Assembly (NCBI GenBank): GCA_964555945.1
Contig: CAZKUL010000002.1
Coordinates: 1 to 51,750, forward strand
Source of the DNA: an uncultured Planctomycetales bacterium
GTDB taxonomy: Bacteria > Omnitrophota > Gorgyraeia > Zapsychrales > Fredricksoniimonadaceae
Direction: 5' to 3'
DNA: 51,750 nt
Shown piece after piece: positions 9,271 through 18,558 of this stretch. Below the pieces are notes generated by a model that was not told where the DNA came from, made no database searches, and worked only from the letters and a program-made list of their open reading frames with translations. Each line of letters opens with the position of its first letter. Position 1 is the first letter of the stretch. Both the position numbers and the translations under genes were made by a program.

Positions 9271-10557
9271 ATGCGCGCCCTCATTAGATTGATCCAAAAA
9301 ACCTATCGCATGGTTGATCCGCTTGAAGGCTCGAGGGTCTTGCGTAATGTGACCTCACTCTCAGGCCTTCAACTCATCACCTATATTCTGCCCATTGTCA
9401 TCCTGCCCTATTTATTCAGGGTGATCGGGCCTGAAAAATTCGGGCTGATTGCTTTTGCCCAGGCCTTTGTGCAATATTTCATGATCCTCACCGACTATGG
9501 ATTTAGTGTTTCAGCGACCAAGGAAATTTCGCTCTGCCATGAGGATACGCCCAAACTGTGCAATGTTATCTCGGCGGTCATGACCATCAAGACCATCCTG
9601 GCCTTTGTGAGCTTGGTCATCCTCTGCGGGGTGGTCTATTTTGTCCCCCGATTCAAAGAGGATTGGATGGTCTATGCGTTAAGCTTTGGGGCGGTCATCG
9701 GAAACACCCTTTTTCCCACCTGGTTCTTCCAGGGTACGGAGAGCATGAAATACACCGCCAAACTCAATATCATCGGAGAATTGGCCTATGCGTTTGGTAT
9801 TTTTCTTTGCATCCATAGCCCCAGCGATTATTTACTGGTCCCCACGATCACGTCGCTCGCAGCGATCTTGACCGGCCTGCTTGGTCAATATATTCTTTTT
9901 ACGCGCTTTAAAGTGTCCTTTCAACTACCCAAAATGAAGGACCTTCACCTGCAAATGGAGGCTGGATGGAACATTTTTATTTCGGTCGTGGCCATCAATG
10001 CCTATACGACCACCCGTGTTTTTGCTGTGGGCCTTTTGACAAATAACACCCTGACGGGGTTTTATTCCATCGCTGAGAAAATTGCCAACGCCGTACAGAC
10101 CTTTCCCTTATATTCCTTTACCCAGGCGATCTTTCCGCGCTTAAGCAAAATCTTCCATAAAAATAAAGCCAAAGCCTATGAAATCATGCGCCATGTGCAA
10201 TTGATCACGGTCATCGTGTCCTTGATCTGCCTGCCATTGATCTTTATCCTGACGCCCCTTATTGTGAAACTTGTCTGCGGAGGGATTTATCCTGCGGCGG
10301 TATTATCTTTAAAATTCCTGCTTATCTCTATATTCTTTATCAGCGCCAACGCTTTTCGGGTACAGTTTCTATTGGTGTGCGGCCAGACCAAAGCTTACTC
10401 AAGGATCCATGTCACCATGGCCACCATCGGACTACCCTTGATCATCTTTTTCATTTATTCTTTTTCCTATGCGGGAGCAGCCATGGCCACGGCCATTATT
10501 GAAGCCGGTGTTTGTGCCTTAACCTATGTCACGGTTAAGAAACTGAACTTTGCATAA
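9271..10557 (+). CDS. Polysaccharide/oligosaccharide flippase (MOP/Wzx family)
   Basis: 428 aa and polytopic (about 12 hydrophobic segments). The N-terminal pattern is NVTSLSGLQLITYILPIVILPYLFRVIGPEKFG. This is the only plus-strand gene in the window. Confidence 0.8.
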   Translation: MRALIRLIQKTYRMVDPLEGSRVLRNVTSLSGLQLITYILPIVILPYLFRVIGPEKFGLIAFAQAFVQYFMILTDYGFSVSATKEISLCHEDTPKLCNVISAVMTIKTILAFVSLVILCGVVYFVPRFKEDWMVYALSFGAVIGNTLFPTWFFQGTESMKYTAKLNIIGELAYAFGIFLCIHSPSDYLLVPTITSLAAILTGLLGQYILFTRFKVSFQLPKMKDLHLQMEAGWNIFISVVAINAYTTTRVFAVGLLTNNTLTGFYSIAEKIANAVQTFPLYSFTQAIFPRLSKIFHKNKAKAYEIMRHVQLITVIVSLICLPLIFILTPLIVKLVCGGIYPAAVLSLKFLLISIFFISANAFRVQFLLVCGQTKAYSRIHVTMATIGLPLIIFFIYSFSYAGAAMATAIIEAGVCALTYVTVKKLNFA

Positions 10558-10560
10558 ATA

Positions 10561-10881
10561 TTATCTTGTCGTTTGAGCGGTGGATCCCGGGGAGACTCCA
10601 AGCAGGTTCTCAATCTGTTGACGGTCAGCCTGGACCTTCTCCTGCATTGGACGCATTTGTTTCCTGATAACAGTGATCTGAGTGGCAAGCTGCAGTATCT
10701 GGGCACGCAAGGGAGCCAGTTGCCCTTCTAATCCCTTTATCTCCTCGGCGAGTTTTTGGACTTGGGCCCGATTTGGATTTCCTAGGAACTTCGTTTGGGC
10801 TTGAGCCTTGGGGCTCATCAGGGATACCATACAAAACCCAAGAATCATCATCCTTAATCCAAGTAACATATCAGCCTCCAT
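10561..10881 (-). CDS. Hypothetical exported coiled-coil protein
   Basis: 106 aa. It has a signal-like N-terminus followed by a Q/L/E-rich heptad region. Its start lies 2 nt after the pyk stop. Confidence 0.55.
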   Translation of the reverse strand: MEADMLLGLRMMILGFCMVSLMSPKAQAQTKFLGNPNRAQVQKLAEEIKGLEGQLAPLRAQILQLATQITVIRKQMRPMQEKVQADRQQIENLLGVSPGSTAQTTR

Positions 10882-10882
10882 T

Positions 10883-12337
10883 TTATAAGGTGACTATTCC
10901 CAATGAATCCGTGTCCCCCGGATGCGGGGACAGCCTGCGTTCCGTCAAAATCACCGTATCTCCCTTTTTGATCAAATGATGTTTCCTAAGATTCTTGAAG
11001 ACGGACTGAGGGTCATGCGCAGTCTTTTTATTCAAGAAGAACGGCTGCACCCCATAAGAAAAATTCAGGAAATCGCAAACTTGAGGGTGCGCGCTAAAGG
11101 ACAATATCCAACAATGGGGTTTGAACCTGGAAATACGCCGGGCCGTGCTGCCGCTGGTCGTCGGTGTAAGAATGTAGCGGATGTCTAACTCCCTGGTGGC
11201 CCGGAAGGCATTGAGGGAAGTGACATCGGTGATGGTCAAGGCTTGGCATTGGGCCACGATATTGTTGATTTGCCGGCCTTCATCGTCAGGCAATTGCCCC
11301 TGATCACGCTGGTTCTCTGTGGTCAGGGCAATTTTAGCCATCATGCAAACCGTTTCAACAGGATATTCTCCGATGGCCGTTTCTTGCGAAAGCATGATAG
11401 CATCTGTGCCATCCAGAATGGCGTTGGCCACATCATTGACCTCGGCACGGGTCGGCCGCACATTCTGGGTCATGGATTCAAGCATCTGGGTGGCTGTTAT
11501 CACCGGGCGACCCATGACGTTGGCTTTTTGAATGAGCCTTTTTTGAATGCCCGGCACCTCTTCGATGGGAGTTTCAACACCCAAGTCCCCGCGGGCAATC
11601 ATCACCGCATCCGCGCTTTGAAGGATCTCGTCAAAATTCTCGATGGCTCCCCGGCGCTCAATTTTGGCCACCAGATAAACGCTGGCCTCTCGCCTTTTAA
11701 CAAATTCCCTGACCTTGATGATGTCCCTGGCCCTTTCGATGAAGGAAAGTCCGAAAATATTGACACCGTGCTTTAATCCAAATTCGATGATCTTTAAATC
11801 TTTGGCGGTGATAGGATTGATATTCAATTTGGTCCCTGGCAAATTCAGGCCCTTATGGGAGTTTAGTTTTCCACCGACGACGACCTTGCAATGAATATCA
11901 CGGCCCGAAATTCTTTGGACCTTTAACTGGATAAACCCGTCGTTTAGAAAAATGATCTGGCCCTTGGAGACTTTTCTCGGCAACTCTTTGTACTCAACGG
12001 GCAATAATTCCTGGGTACCAAGCACATTTCTCGTTGTCAGTGTGACGCTGCCTGCTTTTGTTAACAATACCGAATCATTCTGCAGGCGGCCGATGCGCAT
12101 TTTGACGCCGGGAAGGTCTATGAGAATACTGACCATGCGCCGGGTTTTGTGTCCGGCAGCGCGGATATTGCGGATATTGACGGCATGCTCCTTAAAATCT
12201 CCATGGGAAAAATTAAGACGGGCCACGTTCATCCCGCATTCGATCATACCTTCAATCTTTTGAGGCGAACACGACGAAGGGCCAATGGTACACACAATTT
12301 TTGTCTTATGAAAAGGCAGTTTCAATGGTGCTGGCAT
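10883..12337 (-). CDS. pyk: Pyruvate kinase
   Basis: 484 aa. Motifs seen are KTKIVCTIGPSS, NFSHG and MIARGDLGVE, plus a C-terminal regulatory domain. Confidence 0.95.
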   Translation of the reverse strand: MPAPLKLPFHKTKIVCTIGPSSCSPQKIEGMIECGMNVARLNFSHGDFKEHAVNIRNIRAAGHKTRRMVSILIDLPGVKMRIGRLQNDSVLLTKAGSVTLTTRNVLGTQELLPVEYKELPRKVSKGQIIFLNDGFIQLKVQRISGRDIHCKVVVGGKLNSHKGLNLPGTKLNINPITAKDLKIIEFGLKHGVNIFGLSFIERARDIIKVREFVKRREASVYLVAKIERRGAIENFDEILQSADAVMIARGDLGVETPIEEVPGIQKRLIQKANVMGRPVITATQMLESMTQNVRPTRAEVNDVANAILDGTDAIMLSQETAIGEYPVETVCMMAKIALTTENQRDQGQLPDDEGRQINNIVAQCQALTITDVTSLNAFRATRELDIRYILTPTTSGSTARRISRFKPHCWILSFSAHPQVCDFLNFSYGVQPFFLNKKTAHDPQSVFKNLRKHHLIKKGDTVILTERRLSPHPGDTDSLGIVTL

Positions 12338-12343
12338 CTGGTC

Positions 12344-12985
12344 TTATTTTCCGTAAATGACTTCTAATTGGGAAACCTTGGGAAATTCCGGATAAAATTC
12401 TCCCTGAGGCCCAATATATCCATTTCCTGATTTTTTAAGCGTAACTGCTGTATAGTTGCCTTTTTTATTGGGAATGTTGATTGTTATTGAATCAACATCG
12501 GCACTCGATCCATTCCCCACAGCGGATGTAATTTCCGGCGCTTCCGGTGTGGGAGCTTGATTGGCCTCAACTTCGGGAGGTTGGATGACTGCGTCGGGTT
12601 GGACGCCGGTTACCGGCGGAGGAACCGGTTGATAACCATAGCCATTATACTGATAATATGTCCCGTCGTTTAAATAATAGGTAGTGCCATTGATAAACAC
12701 AGGTTGGTAGATGGAGGGAGAAACAAGGACCGCATCCCCCGGACCGTAATAACCGGTATTATAATAGTAGTTATCCGGCCATAACGCAAAATCAAGTCCA
12801 ATATAGGAGCGGCCACGCCCACCATCATGGTGGTGATCTCCCCCATTACGTCCATGGCCATCATGGCCTCCATCATGGCCATGACCATCATGTCCACCGC
12901 CATGCCCATTCCAGTCGGCATAGGACCACGCAGGACGGAAGATGAGTAAAGCTATAATCAAAGGCAAAAACACTCTATTTTTCAT
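12344..12985 (-). CDS. Secreted His/Gly-rich, Tyr-rich protein
   Basis: 213 aa. Signal peptide MKNRVFLPLIIALLIFRPAWSYA, then GHGGGHDGHGHDGGHDGHGRNGGDHHHDGG, then a YY-rich segment (GTTYYLNDGTYYQYNGYGYQ) shared with 30574..30978. Confidence 0.75.
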   Translation of the reverse strand: MKNRVFLPLIIALLIFRPAWSYADWNGHGGGHDGHGHDGGHDGHGRNGGDHHHDGGRGRSYIGLDFALWPDNYYYNTGYYGPGDAVLVSPSIYQPVFINGTTYYLNDGTYYQYNGYGYQPVPPPVTGVQPDAVIQPPEVEANQAPTPEAPEITSAVGNGSSADVDSITINIPNKKGNYTAVTLKKSGNGYIGPQGEFYPEFPKVSQLEVIYGK

Positions 12986-13167
12986 ATAGTCTCCTGACTC
13001 AATACAACATTATTATAGCACATGAGGTCTCTTCAGCCCTCATTAAATTAGACAAGAGCTACTCACAAATAGTTGCATCAGCACAGGAGGTCTCAGTCTG
13101 GTTTAAAGAAAGAAATTTTAAAGAGAAATTTTACGAAAGTAGAAAGTAGACTAAGAAGTATTGGTAT

Positions 13168-15486
13168 TTAAGCTGGCTGGGCCTGAGATTCCACTCTCAG
13201 ATTCTTAAAAATAGATAAATTTGTCGCTGGTTGGATCTCCCAAATATGTGGCTCCAAGCCTTGGACGTTCATCATGGCTGGGTCTTGATTAGACAAGGGC
13301 AACGGCACGCCAGAACCATCCCGTCTTAACTTAAAACCCATTGGATCAAAGTCGATACCACCCCGGATCTCTGGTATCGCGACTATTTGTCTTTTAGTGA
13401 AAGTGACAGGGTTTGCGATCTCAGCCAAGTCATTATCTCTAACCTCATTTTGCTTTACTTGGACCATTGCCGCATCCACTATTCTTACCTTTATTGTTAG
13501 GCTGCCATTGGAGGACATGAGGTATTCGATTACGTAATCTCCACCCGTTAAGGCACTTGTCACAAGAGTTTTAACTCCCTCAATCTCATCTTCACGTATG
13601 TTTGGCATTTGAATTAAATGAATCTGTTCCACAATATAATGATCCACTCTTCCACGGAACCTGCCCTTTAAATCTTTTACTAATTTTCCAATAGTATTTT
13701 CTTGGCCGCTCTTTTTTTCACTAGCATGACGCGCCTCGGCTTCTAATAACGCCAACTTTCGTCTAATTTGTTCATCAGCCCTCACTCTTTTATATATCTG
13801 CAGAGCTATTTTAACATCAAGATCCTCCTGTAATATAAGAAAAACCGACCCCACAAATACTGCTGCCAATGCCCAAATGGGGAATGCCATGAACCCGAAT
13901 TCAGGCCAACTCATTTTGTAAGAATTATCATGGAGATTATCGTAGAATTGATGAACCGTATGTGAGGAAGATGCAGCCCCAACCGCAAAAAGCATCATTG
14001 CAGCGACCAATTTTCTAAATGCTCCCATTGCAGCGTCAATCTTCTTATCAAAAACCATAATTAACAGCCCATCTTGCAATGTATAACTTCGCAGACCGCT
14101 TCCTGTAAAATGAACGATCAAACCCAAGAAAGAACCTAGCCGTCGCATGGCTTTTGAGCTTAACTTTGGCAACCTTACAGTAACTCTATTGTTATTAATG
14201 CTCATGCCATCCACAATTTTATCTAATACTCTAAGATAAGCTTTTGTATCAGGCTTTCTCAACACTACAGAATTAAACCCAATGCCTGTCATGGCCGCAT
14301 TACTATTTAAGCCTGTAGCAGCAATAACAGCCTGTGCGGCATCCAACCGTGAAACTGTTTTGTAATCAAACTTTGCAGCCGCTTGCGCTGGGTTGGCTTC
14401 CTCTAATACAGATGCCATGGCCAAATTGGAGAATCCTCCGGAAAAATACTTCCGCGGAATCATTTGACCCGTAATAGGATCTTGGTCTTCTTTAATAAAA
14501 TTATACACACCCTTTCTAAACGCTTTTACATATTGCTGATAAACCTCTTGCTGGTCCTGCTCTGGATCAGCCAAATTAACGCCTTGCACCTTGTTCTTAT
14601 TAGCATACACCTGCGTTAAAATACTTTTCTTTAAAGCTTGTTTGTACCAAGTTGCCAAAATCATCCCATGAAACATTTGCCGTAAATTCGCAAAATTTTC
14701 GCCCTCATTGACTTCCTTGGTTAATGCAGGAATGACAATTTCTAGCATCATATTTTTTGCAATATCCTGAGGATTTTGATATTGGATTCCCGATTTCGCA
14801 AAATTAACACTAATTGTATTTTGTTTCTCATGATTCTTTTCTGTAGCTAAGTAATCTTTTTCCAGCTGAACTTTCAATTTACTTTCAACAATTAAGACTG
14901 TTCTATCTTTTTCATATACGGAAGCTTTATCCGGAGTTATCCATACTTTATTGAAAGTATTTATGGGTATATTGGTTGTTCCATACTTATGGGAAGCTTC
15001 AGTATAGATTTTATTCCAGAATTCTTTGCCGATTGCATTCTCAGGATATAGCAAGGATGAAGTGAGCTGTTTTAGCATATAATCTTGCGCCAAAAGATCA
15101 CGGCCCATTTCCGTTTTACCAAAATTTATATCAATAATGCGATTCTTTTCATAGGGAGAAAGATTGACCCATTGCTTATCCTCGGCTATTGTCATCGCGG
15201 CTAAGAAATATTTGATCAATTTCTCATACAATTCTTTCTTTTGATCCGTTGCAATTGGTCTGTCACCACGATCAATTAGAAAGGTAAAAGCAAAAGGATT
15301 TCTAACATCAATGGTCATGCCCCGAATGATCGCAGGGGTAAATTTAGGACTTAAATTTACCATTGTTCCAGGCGTAGGCATAAAAGACAATACTCCGTTA
15401 GCTTGAGATTGGGGTAGATATAAGGAAGACCCAACAAAGGCAGCAATGAGAATAATATGAATGATTTTAAAATTATGGGGTTTCAT
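13168..15486 (-). CDS. Large exported/membrane modular protein of unknown function (paralog B)
   Basis: 772 aa with a signal peptide. The N-terminal ~330 aa are colinear with paralog A (NLSPYE.NRII, TEMGRDLLA.DYMLKQ, NTFNKVWI, IPRKYFSGG). It has central hydrophobic segments, recurrent DAAM motifs and a C-terminal GGIDF module. Confidence 0.85.
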   Translation of the reverse strand: MKPHNFKIIHIILIAAFVGSSLYLPQSQANGVLSFMPTPGTMVNLSPKFTPAIIRGMTIDVRNPFAFTFLIDRGDRPIATDQKKELYEKLIKYFLAAMTIAEDKQWVNLSPYEKNRIIDINFGKTEMGRDLLAQDYMLKQLTSSLLYPENAIGKEFWNKIYTEASHKYGTTNIPINTFNKVWITPDKASVYEKDRTVLIVESKLKVQLEKDYLATEKNHEKQNTISVNFAKSGIQYQNPQDIAKNMMLEIVIPALTKEVNEGENFANLRQMFHGMILATWYKQALKKSILTQVYANKNKVQGVNLADPEQDQQEVYQQYVKAFRKGVYNFIKEDQDPITGQMIPRKYFSGGFSNLAMASVLEEANPAQAAAKFDYKTVSRLDAAQAVIAATGLNSNAAMTGIGFNSVVLRKPDTKAYLRVLDKIVDGMSINNNRVTVRLPKLSSKAMRRLGSFLGLIVHFTGSGLRSYTLQDGLLIMVFDKKIDAAMGAFRKLVAAMMLFAVGAASSSHTVHQFYDNLHDNSYKMSWPEFGFMAFPIWALAAVFVGSVFLILQEDLDVKIALQIYKRVRADEQIRRKLALLEAEARHASEKKSGQENTIGKLVKDLKGRFRGRVDHYIVEQIHLIQMPNIREDEIEGVKTLVTSALTGGDYVIEYLMSSNGSLTIKVRIVDAAMVQVKQNEVRDNDLAEIANPVTFTKRQIVAIPEIRGGIDFDPMGFKLRRDGSGVPLPLSNQDPAMMNVQGLEPHIWEIQPATNLSIFKNLRVESQAQPA

Positions 15487-15727
15487 GCAAGTGCTCTCTT
15501 TTTATAAACTTCAATGAAAGTATACCTTATAATCTTTAGCAATGCTAATTTATGTTGAAGCAGATGTCATTGTAGAACGATGGCAGATTGATGTTTCTCG
15601 AGGAAATTTTTGGATTGGAGGGTCGGAAGTCCCGTCAGGGGGTTAAGAAATATTATTTGTAAACTATTAATTCACATAGACTTGCAGAATAATCTTGTAA
15701 GAATGAGTTAGGAAAATAGGGATTTTG

Positions 15728-16090
15728 CTACTGGTACTGCGGCATGTTGAGCCAGATTTTCATTTGGTCAGGAGATAGGATGGCAGCGAGGGCGCGGTTC
15801 TCATCATTGATGACTTGCAGCCTTTGGGTGACCAGCGTTTTACCATCGATATTGCCTTCTTTCAGGCTAAGGTAGATATTTCTTTCCTTAACGATCCGAT
15901 CGACGACAATTGGCCTGATAGCGCTGATTTGGTCTTCGGTCAATTTCATATTGGCCGTTAGTTGAAACATAACGGCATCAGCAGCTTTGATGACTATTTC
16001 ATCGCTGGGAGATGCTTCCTGGGCAAAGGCTGAAATTGATATTAAAATAAAAATTGCCCCACAAAAGTAAGCAAATCTTCTCATATTCAT
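15728..16090 (-). CDS. Periplasmic LTXXQ-motif (Spy/CpxP-like) protein
   Basis: 120 aa with a signal peptide. Two LTXXQ-type motifs are present (LTEDQ, LSPDQ). Confidence 0.5.
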   Translation of the reverse strand: MNMRRFAYFCGAIFILISISAFAQEASPSDEIVIKAADAVMFQLTANMKLTEDQISAIRPIVVDRIVKERNIYLSLKEGNIDGKTLVTQRLQVINDENRALAAILSPDQMKIWLNMPQYQ

Positions 16091-16095
16091 TTAGA

Positions 16096-16179
16096 GATCC
16101 TTCGGAGCATCTGCGAGCTCCTGCGAGTGTCCGGTTCGAGGACCGAATGTCCGGCATGAGGACCTTCGCTCAGGATGAC
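16096..16179. repeat. Family B repeat, long variant
   Basis: gatccttcgg...ctgcgagtgtccggttcgaggacc...cttcgctcaggatgac. It shares the ctgcgagtgtccgg core with 23828 and 33490. Confidence 0.75.
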
Positions 16180-16192
16180 AAATTGAAAATGT

Positions 16193-16582
16193 TTACTTAA
16201 AACCCCGGGCCATCCATAACAAAAAAAATGGGACAAATAGGCCTAAGAACAAAAGCACCCAAACTCTCCAGGGACGGGTGTACTTAAAGGCCATGACAAT
16301 ACCTAGCACCGTCGTCACTAATAATCCTAAAGACATCAATACAATGAGATAACGGAAAATGACCGAAGGCTTGGGACGAACATCGCCACTGCTCCAGCGC
16401 TGGCTCATATGAACTTGGGAGAGGGATTTAACAATCTCCGGTGGTTTGTAGCCGTTGGCTTGCTTGCTGGCCTGGTGCAAGTCAAATGTCTGCCAGCATC
16501 CGGTGACTAAAAAAAGAATCAATAGAGGCGCAAAAAAGCACCCTAAATACAAGTGGACATTTCTCATGGCTTTAATATTCAT
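16193..16582 (-). CDS. Small membrane protein, PepSY-associated TM-like
   Basis: 129 aa. The N-terminus VHLYLGCFFAPLLILFLVTGC resembles the PepSY-TM helix motif, and there are two more TM segments. Confidence 0.5.
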   Translation of the reverse strand: MNIKAMRNVHLYLGCFFAPLLILFLVTGCWQTFDLHQASKQANGYKPPEIVKSLSQVHMSQRWSSGDVRPKPSVIFRYLIVLMSLGLLVTTVLGIVMAFKYTRPWRVWVLLFLGLFVPFFLLWMARGFK

Positions 16583-16585
16583 AAA

Positions 16586-17071
16586 TTAGCGGTCCTTTTT
16601 CTCTTGCATGTCATTTAACCATTCTTCCCATGAAACGTTGGTACTTTTATTGGTGGTTTGGCATGTCTTGGCCACGCACGCTGTTTGCGGCTGGAAACCA
16701 GGATCAATGGACGCCACGCAAGCATTCAAATCCTTGCCAAGCTTGTGTAAATACTTTTTATTGAGCGCCTCCCAAGAGACGCAATCAACCACGCCTGCAG
16801 TACACTCACTATCCGCGTCACACGCCTTCCATCGGCCTGGAATACTTTGTAAGCCGGAGGGTTTAGTGTCCTGCTTATCTGCCCGTTTCTCGACTACATC
16901 ATTCGGCGCGGCAGTTATATCCAAAGCTTTGTTGACCGAATTCTTCGAAGATGCTTGGGACGAATTGATATAATCACTGAAGCTATACCCATGGACGATA
17001 GGACAACTGAAAAATGTCATGCAAAATACCAGAGAACTATAGACACATAATATCAAAGGGCGATGAGTCAT
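16586..17071 (-). CDS. Hypothetical exported Cys-rich protein
   Basis: 161 aa with a signal-like N-terminus and eight or more Cys in the mature part. It lies 3 nt upstream of the next gene. Confidence 0.55.
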   Translation of the reverse strand: MTHRPLILCVYSSLVFCMTFFSCPIVHGYSFSDYINSSQASSKNSVNKALDITAAPNDVVEKRADKQDTKPSGLQSIPGRWKACDADSECTAGVVDCVSWEALNKKYLHKLGKDLNACVASIDPGFQPQTACVAKTCQTTNKSTNVSWEEWLNDMQEKKDR

Positions 17072-17447
17072 TGGCCTTAATATTATCCATTTCCGGAGAT
17101 CAAGTCAAGCAATGACAAAGACCTTCGCGTTATTTACTTTTTTGCTACCGGTGCTTCTTGTTTTAATATGGCCAATCTCTGGGCGATTTGATGGCTTAAG
17201 GAGGCGCAGGCTGCATTCAGGGTTTTGGCTAAGCCGGAATAATTTGGGGGGAGAATCGGCTGGGGGAATTCTAATCTTTGGATGGTCGGCGAACTGCGAG
17301 GAAACTTCACTTTCCGAAAGAGGGCATGCGGAAACCTGCCAATCCCCGCTTAATTTAATAAGCAGTATCTTGGGGTTTGAGTCATCAAAGGCGAGCTTTT
17401 GGGAATCTACCCTCACAAGAATATTCTAAAGGTAGAAAAAAACGTCT

Positions 17448-17468
17448 TCAATTGTACCTGGGTATAAT
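17448..17468 (-). promoter_or_regulatory. Copy of the 21-nt intergenic motif TCAATTGTACnnnGGTATAAT
   Basis: tcaattgtacctgggtataat. On the minus strand this reads ATTATACC-CA-GGTACAATTGA. Confidence 0.6.
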
Positions 17469-17490
17469 GCCGGGACGATCCCTCGCTTGC

Positions 17491-18420
17491 TTAGAGTTTA
17501 TCATCGATCTGGTACAAAACCCCCCCTGCAGTCTCGGGTTGGGGAAACATGTATTTGCGTGCGGAAATCGTGATTTCTGTTTTATTGGCAATGCCTTTGG
17601 TAAGCCTGAGCGCCACCATCGCCCCATGAATATCAGCTTTTATCACACCCTTGGAGGCATCATTCTCCCTGATGGTTCCCATACTCTTGACCACATTGAG
17701 AGAGACTTGGTAGGCATGATCAAAGGTAGCATCAATGTCTTGCTTCACACTGTCCTGACCTATAAACGTCGCTGCGATGGCCACAGGCAGCACAGCCACC
17801 CCTGCAACTGCGGCGACGCCGTAGATCTCCGCATCTTTGATGGCAGCGGCCTTCATAGGGGCAGCCAGTACCAGCAAGCCCAACTGTTCAGCGCTGGGAA
17901 CACTCTTATAGCTCTTGCGGCTATTGACATTGTAGGCCCGGACACTGGGAGGCCCGCTCGTTGAATAGTCCATATAAACAATCTTGCCGATGCTTAAATT
18001 GAGACGGTCAATTTGCATGGGCGCAGACGGGGAAGATTTCGACTGTTGTACTATTTTTAAAGAATCCACATTGAGTTTTCCCTCTTTATTCTTCGTGATC
18101 ACCATGTCTTTGAGCTCAATATCGACAAGTAAAAAATGAGGGGTCTTCTTAAATAGGGAAGCGCGCTTAAAGATGACCTTTATCTGCGGGCAGGACACCA
18201 AGACACCCTCCGGGAACCCGGCAGGGTTATCCATTTTAAAACCGGTAATATGGATTGTTGAGGTAAAAAATTGCAGGGAAAAACCATCCATATGCACCGG
18301 CGTACCGATGATCTTGGTCGCCATATTTGTCACCATGGATTTAAGGATTACATCCTTGGTAAAACCCAGTCCCACAAAAACGGCAACTACGATGCCCAAC
18401 ACTATAAAGAATTTTTTCAT
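17491..18420 (-). CDS. Hypothetical membrane-anchored protein
   Basis: 309 aa with the N-terminal TM anchor MKKFFIVLGIVVAVFVGLGF. I could not assign a domain with confidence. Confidence 0.6.
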   Translation of the reverse strand: MKKFFIVLGIVVAVFVGLGFTKDVILKSMVTNMATKIIGTPVHMDGFSLQFFTSTIHITGFKMDNPAGFPEGVLVSCPQIKVIFKRASLFKKTPHFLLVDIELKDMVITKNKEGKLNVDSLKIVQQSKSSPSAPMQIDRLNLSIGKIVYMDYSTSGPPSVRAYNVNSRKSYKSVPSAEQLGLLVLAAPMKAAAIKDAEIYGVAAVAGVAVLPVAIAATFIGQDSVKQDIDATFDHAYQVSLNVVKSMGTIRENDASKGVIKADIHGAMVALRLTKGIANKTEITISARKYMFPQPETAGGVLYQIDDKL

Positions 18421-18558
18421 AGCCCTAGGGTATTTCCAAGAGAATTTTTATCATGAGTTGATGACTTTCCATAAGATGATTTATAACAAAAACAACATAA
18501 AGACAAAATGAAAACTAGATTAAGGCCAGATAGCTGCAATGAAGGTATGTACTACGCA

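Noticed and set aside
17072-17447. RNase P RNA, tmRNA, SRP RNA or 6S RNA in the 376-nt gap
   Set aside because: I could not find the hallmark strings on either strand: GAGGAAAGTCCGGGC and ACAGAA.CCGGCTTA for RNase P, or the tRNA-like ends for tmRNA. The only similarity is ccggcttag, which also belongs to the repeat family.
17448-17468. Reading the 21-nt motif as a plus-strand promoter (TTGTAC as -35, TATAAT as -10), or as a sigma54 or SigB-type promoter
   Set aside because: Only 5 nt separate the hexamers, whereas about 17 are needed. No plus-strand genes follow any copy. There is no GG-N10-GC spacing. A SigB-like GGGTAT would point away from all the genes.
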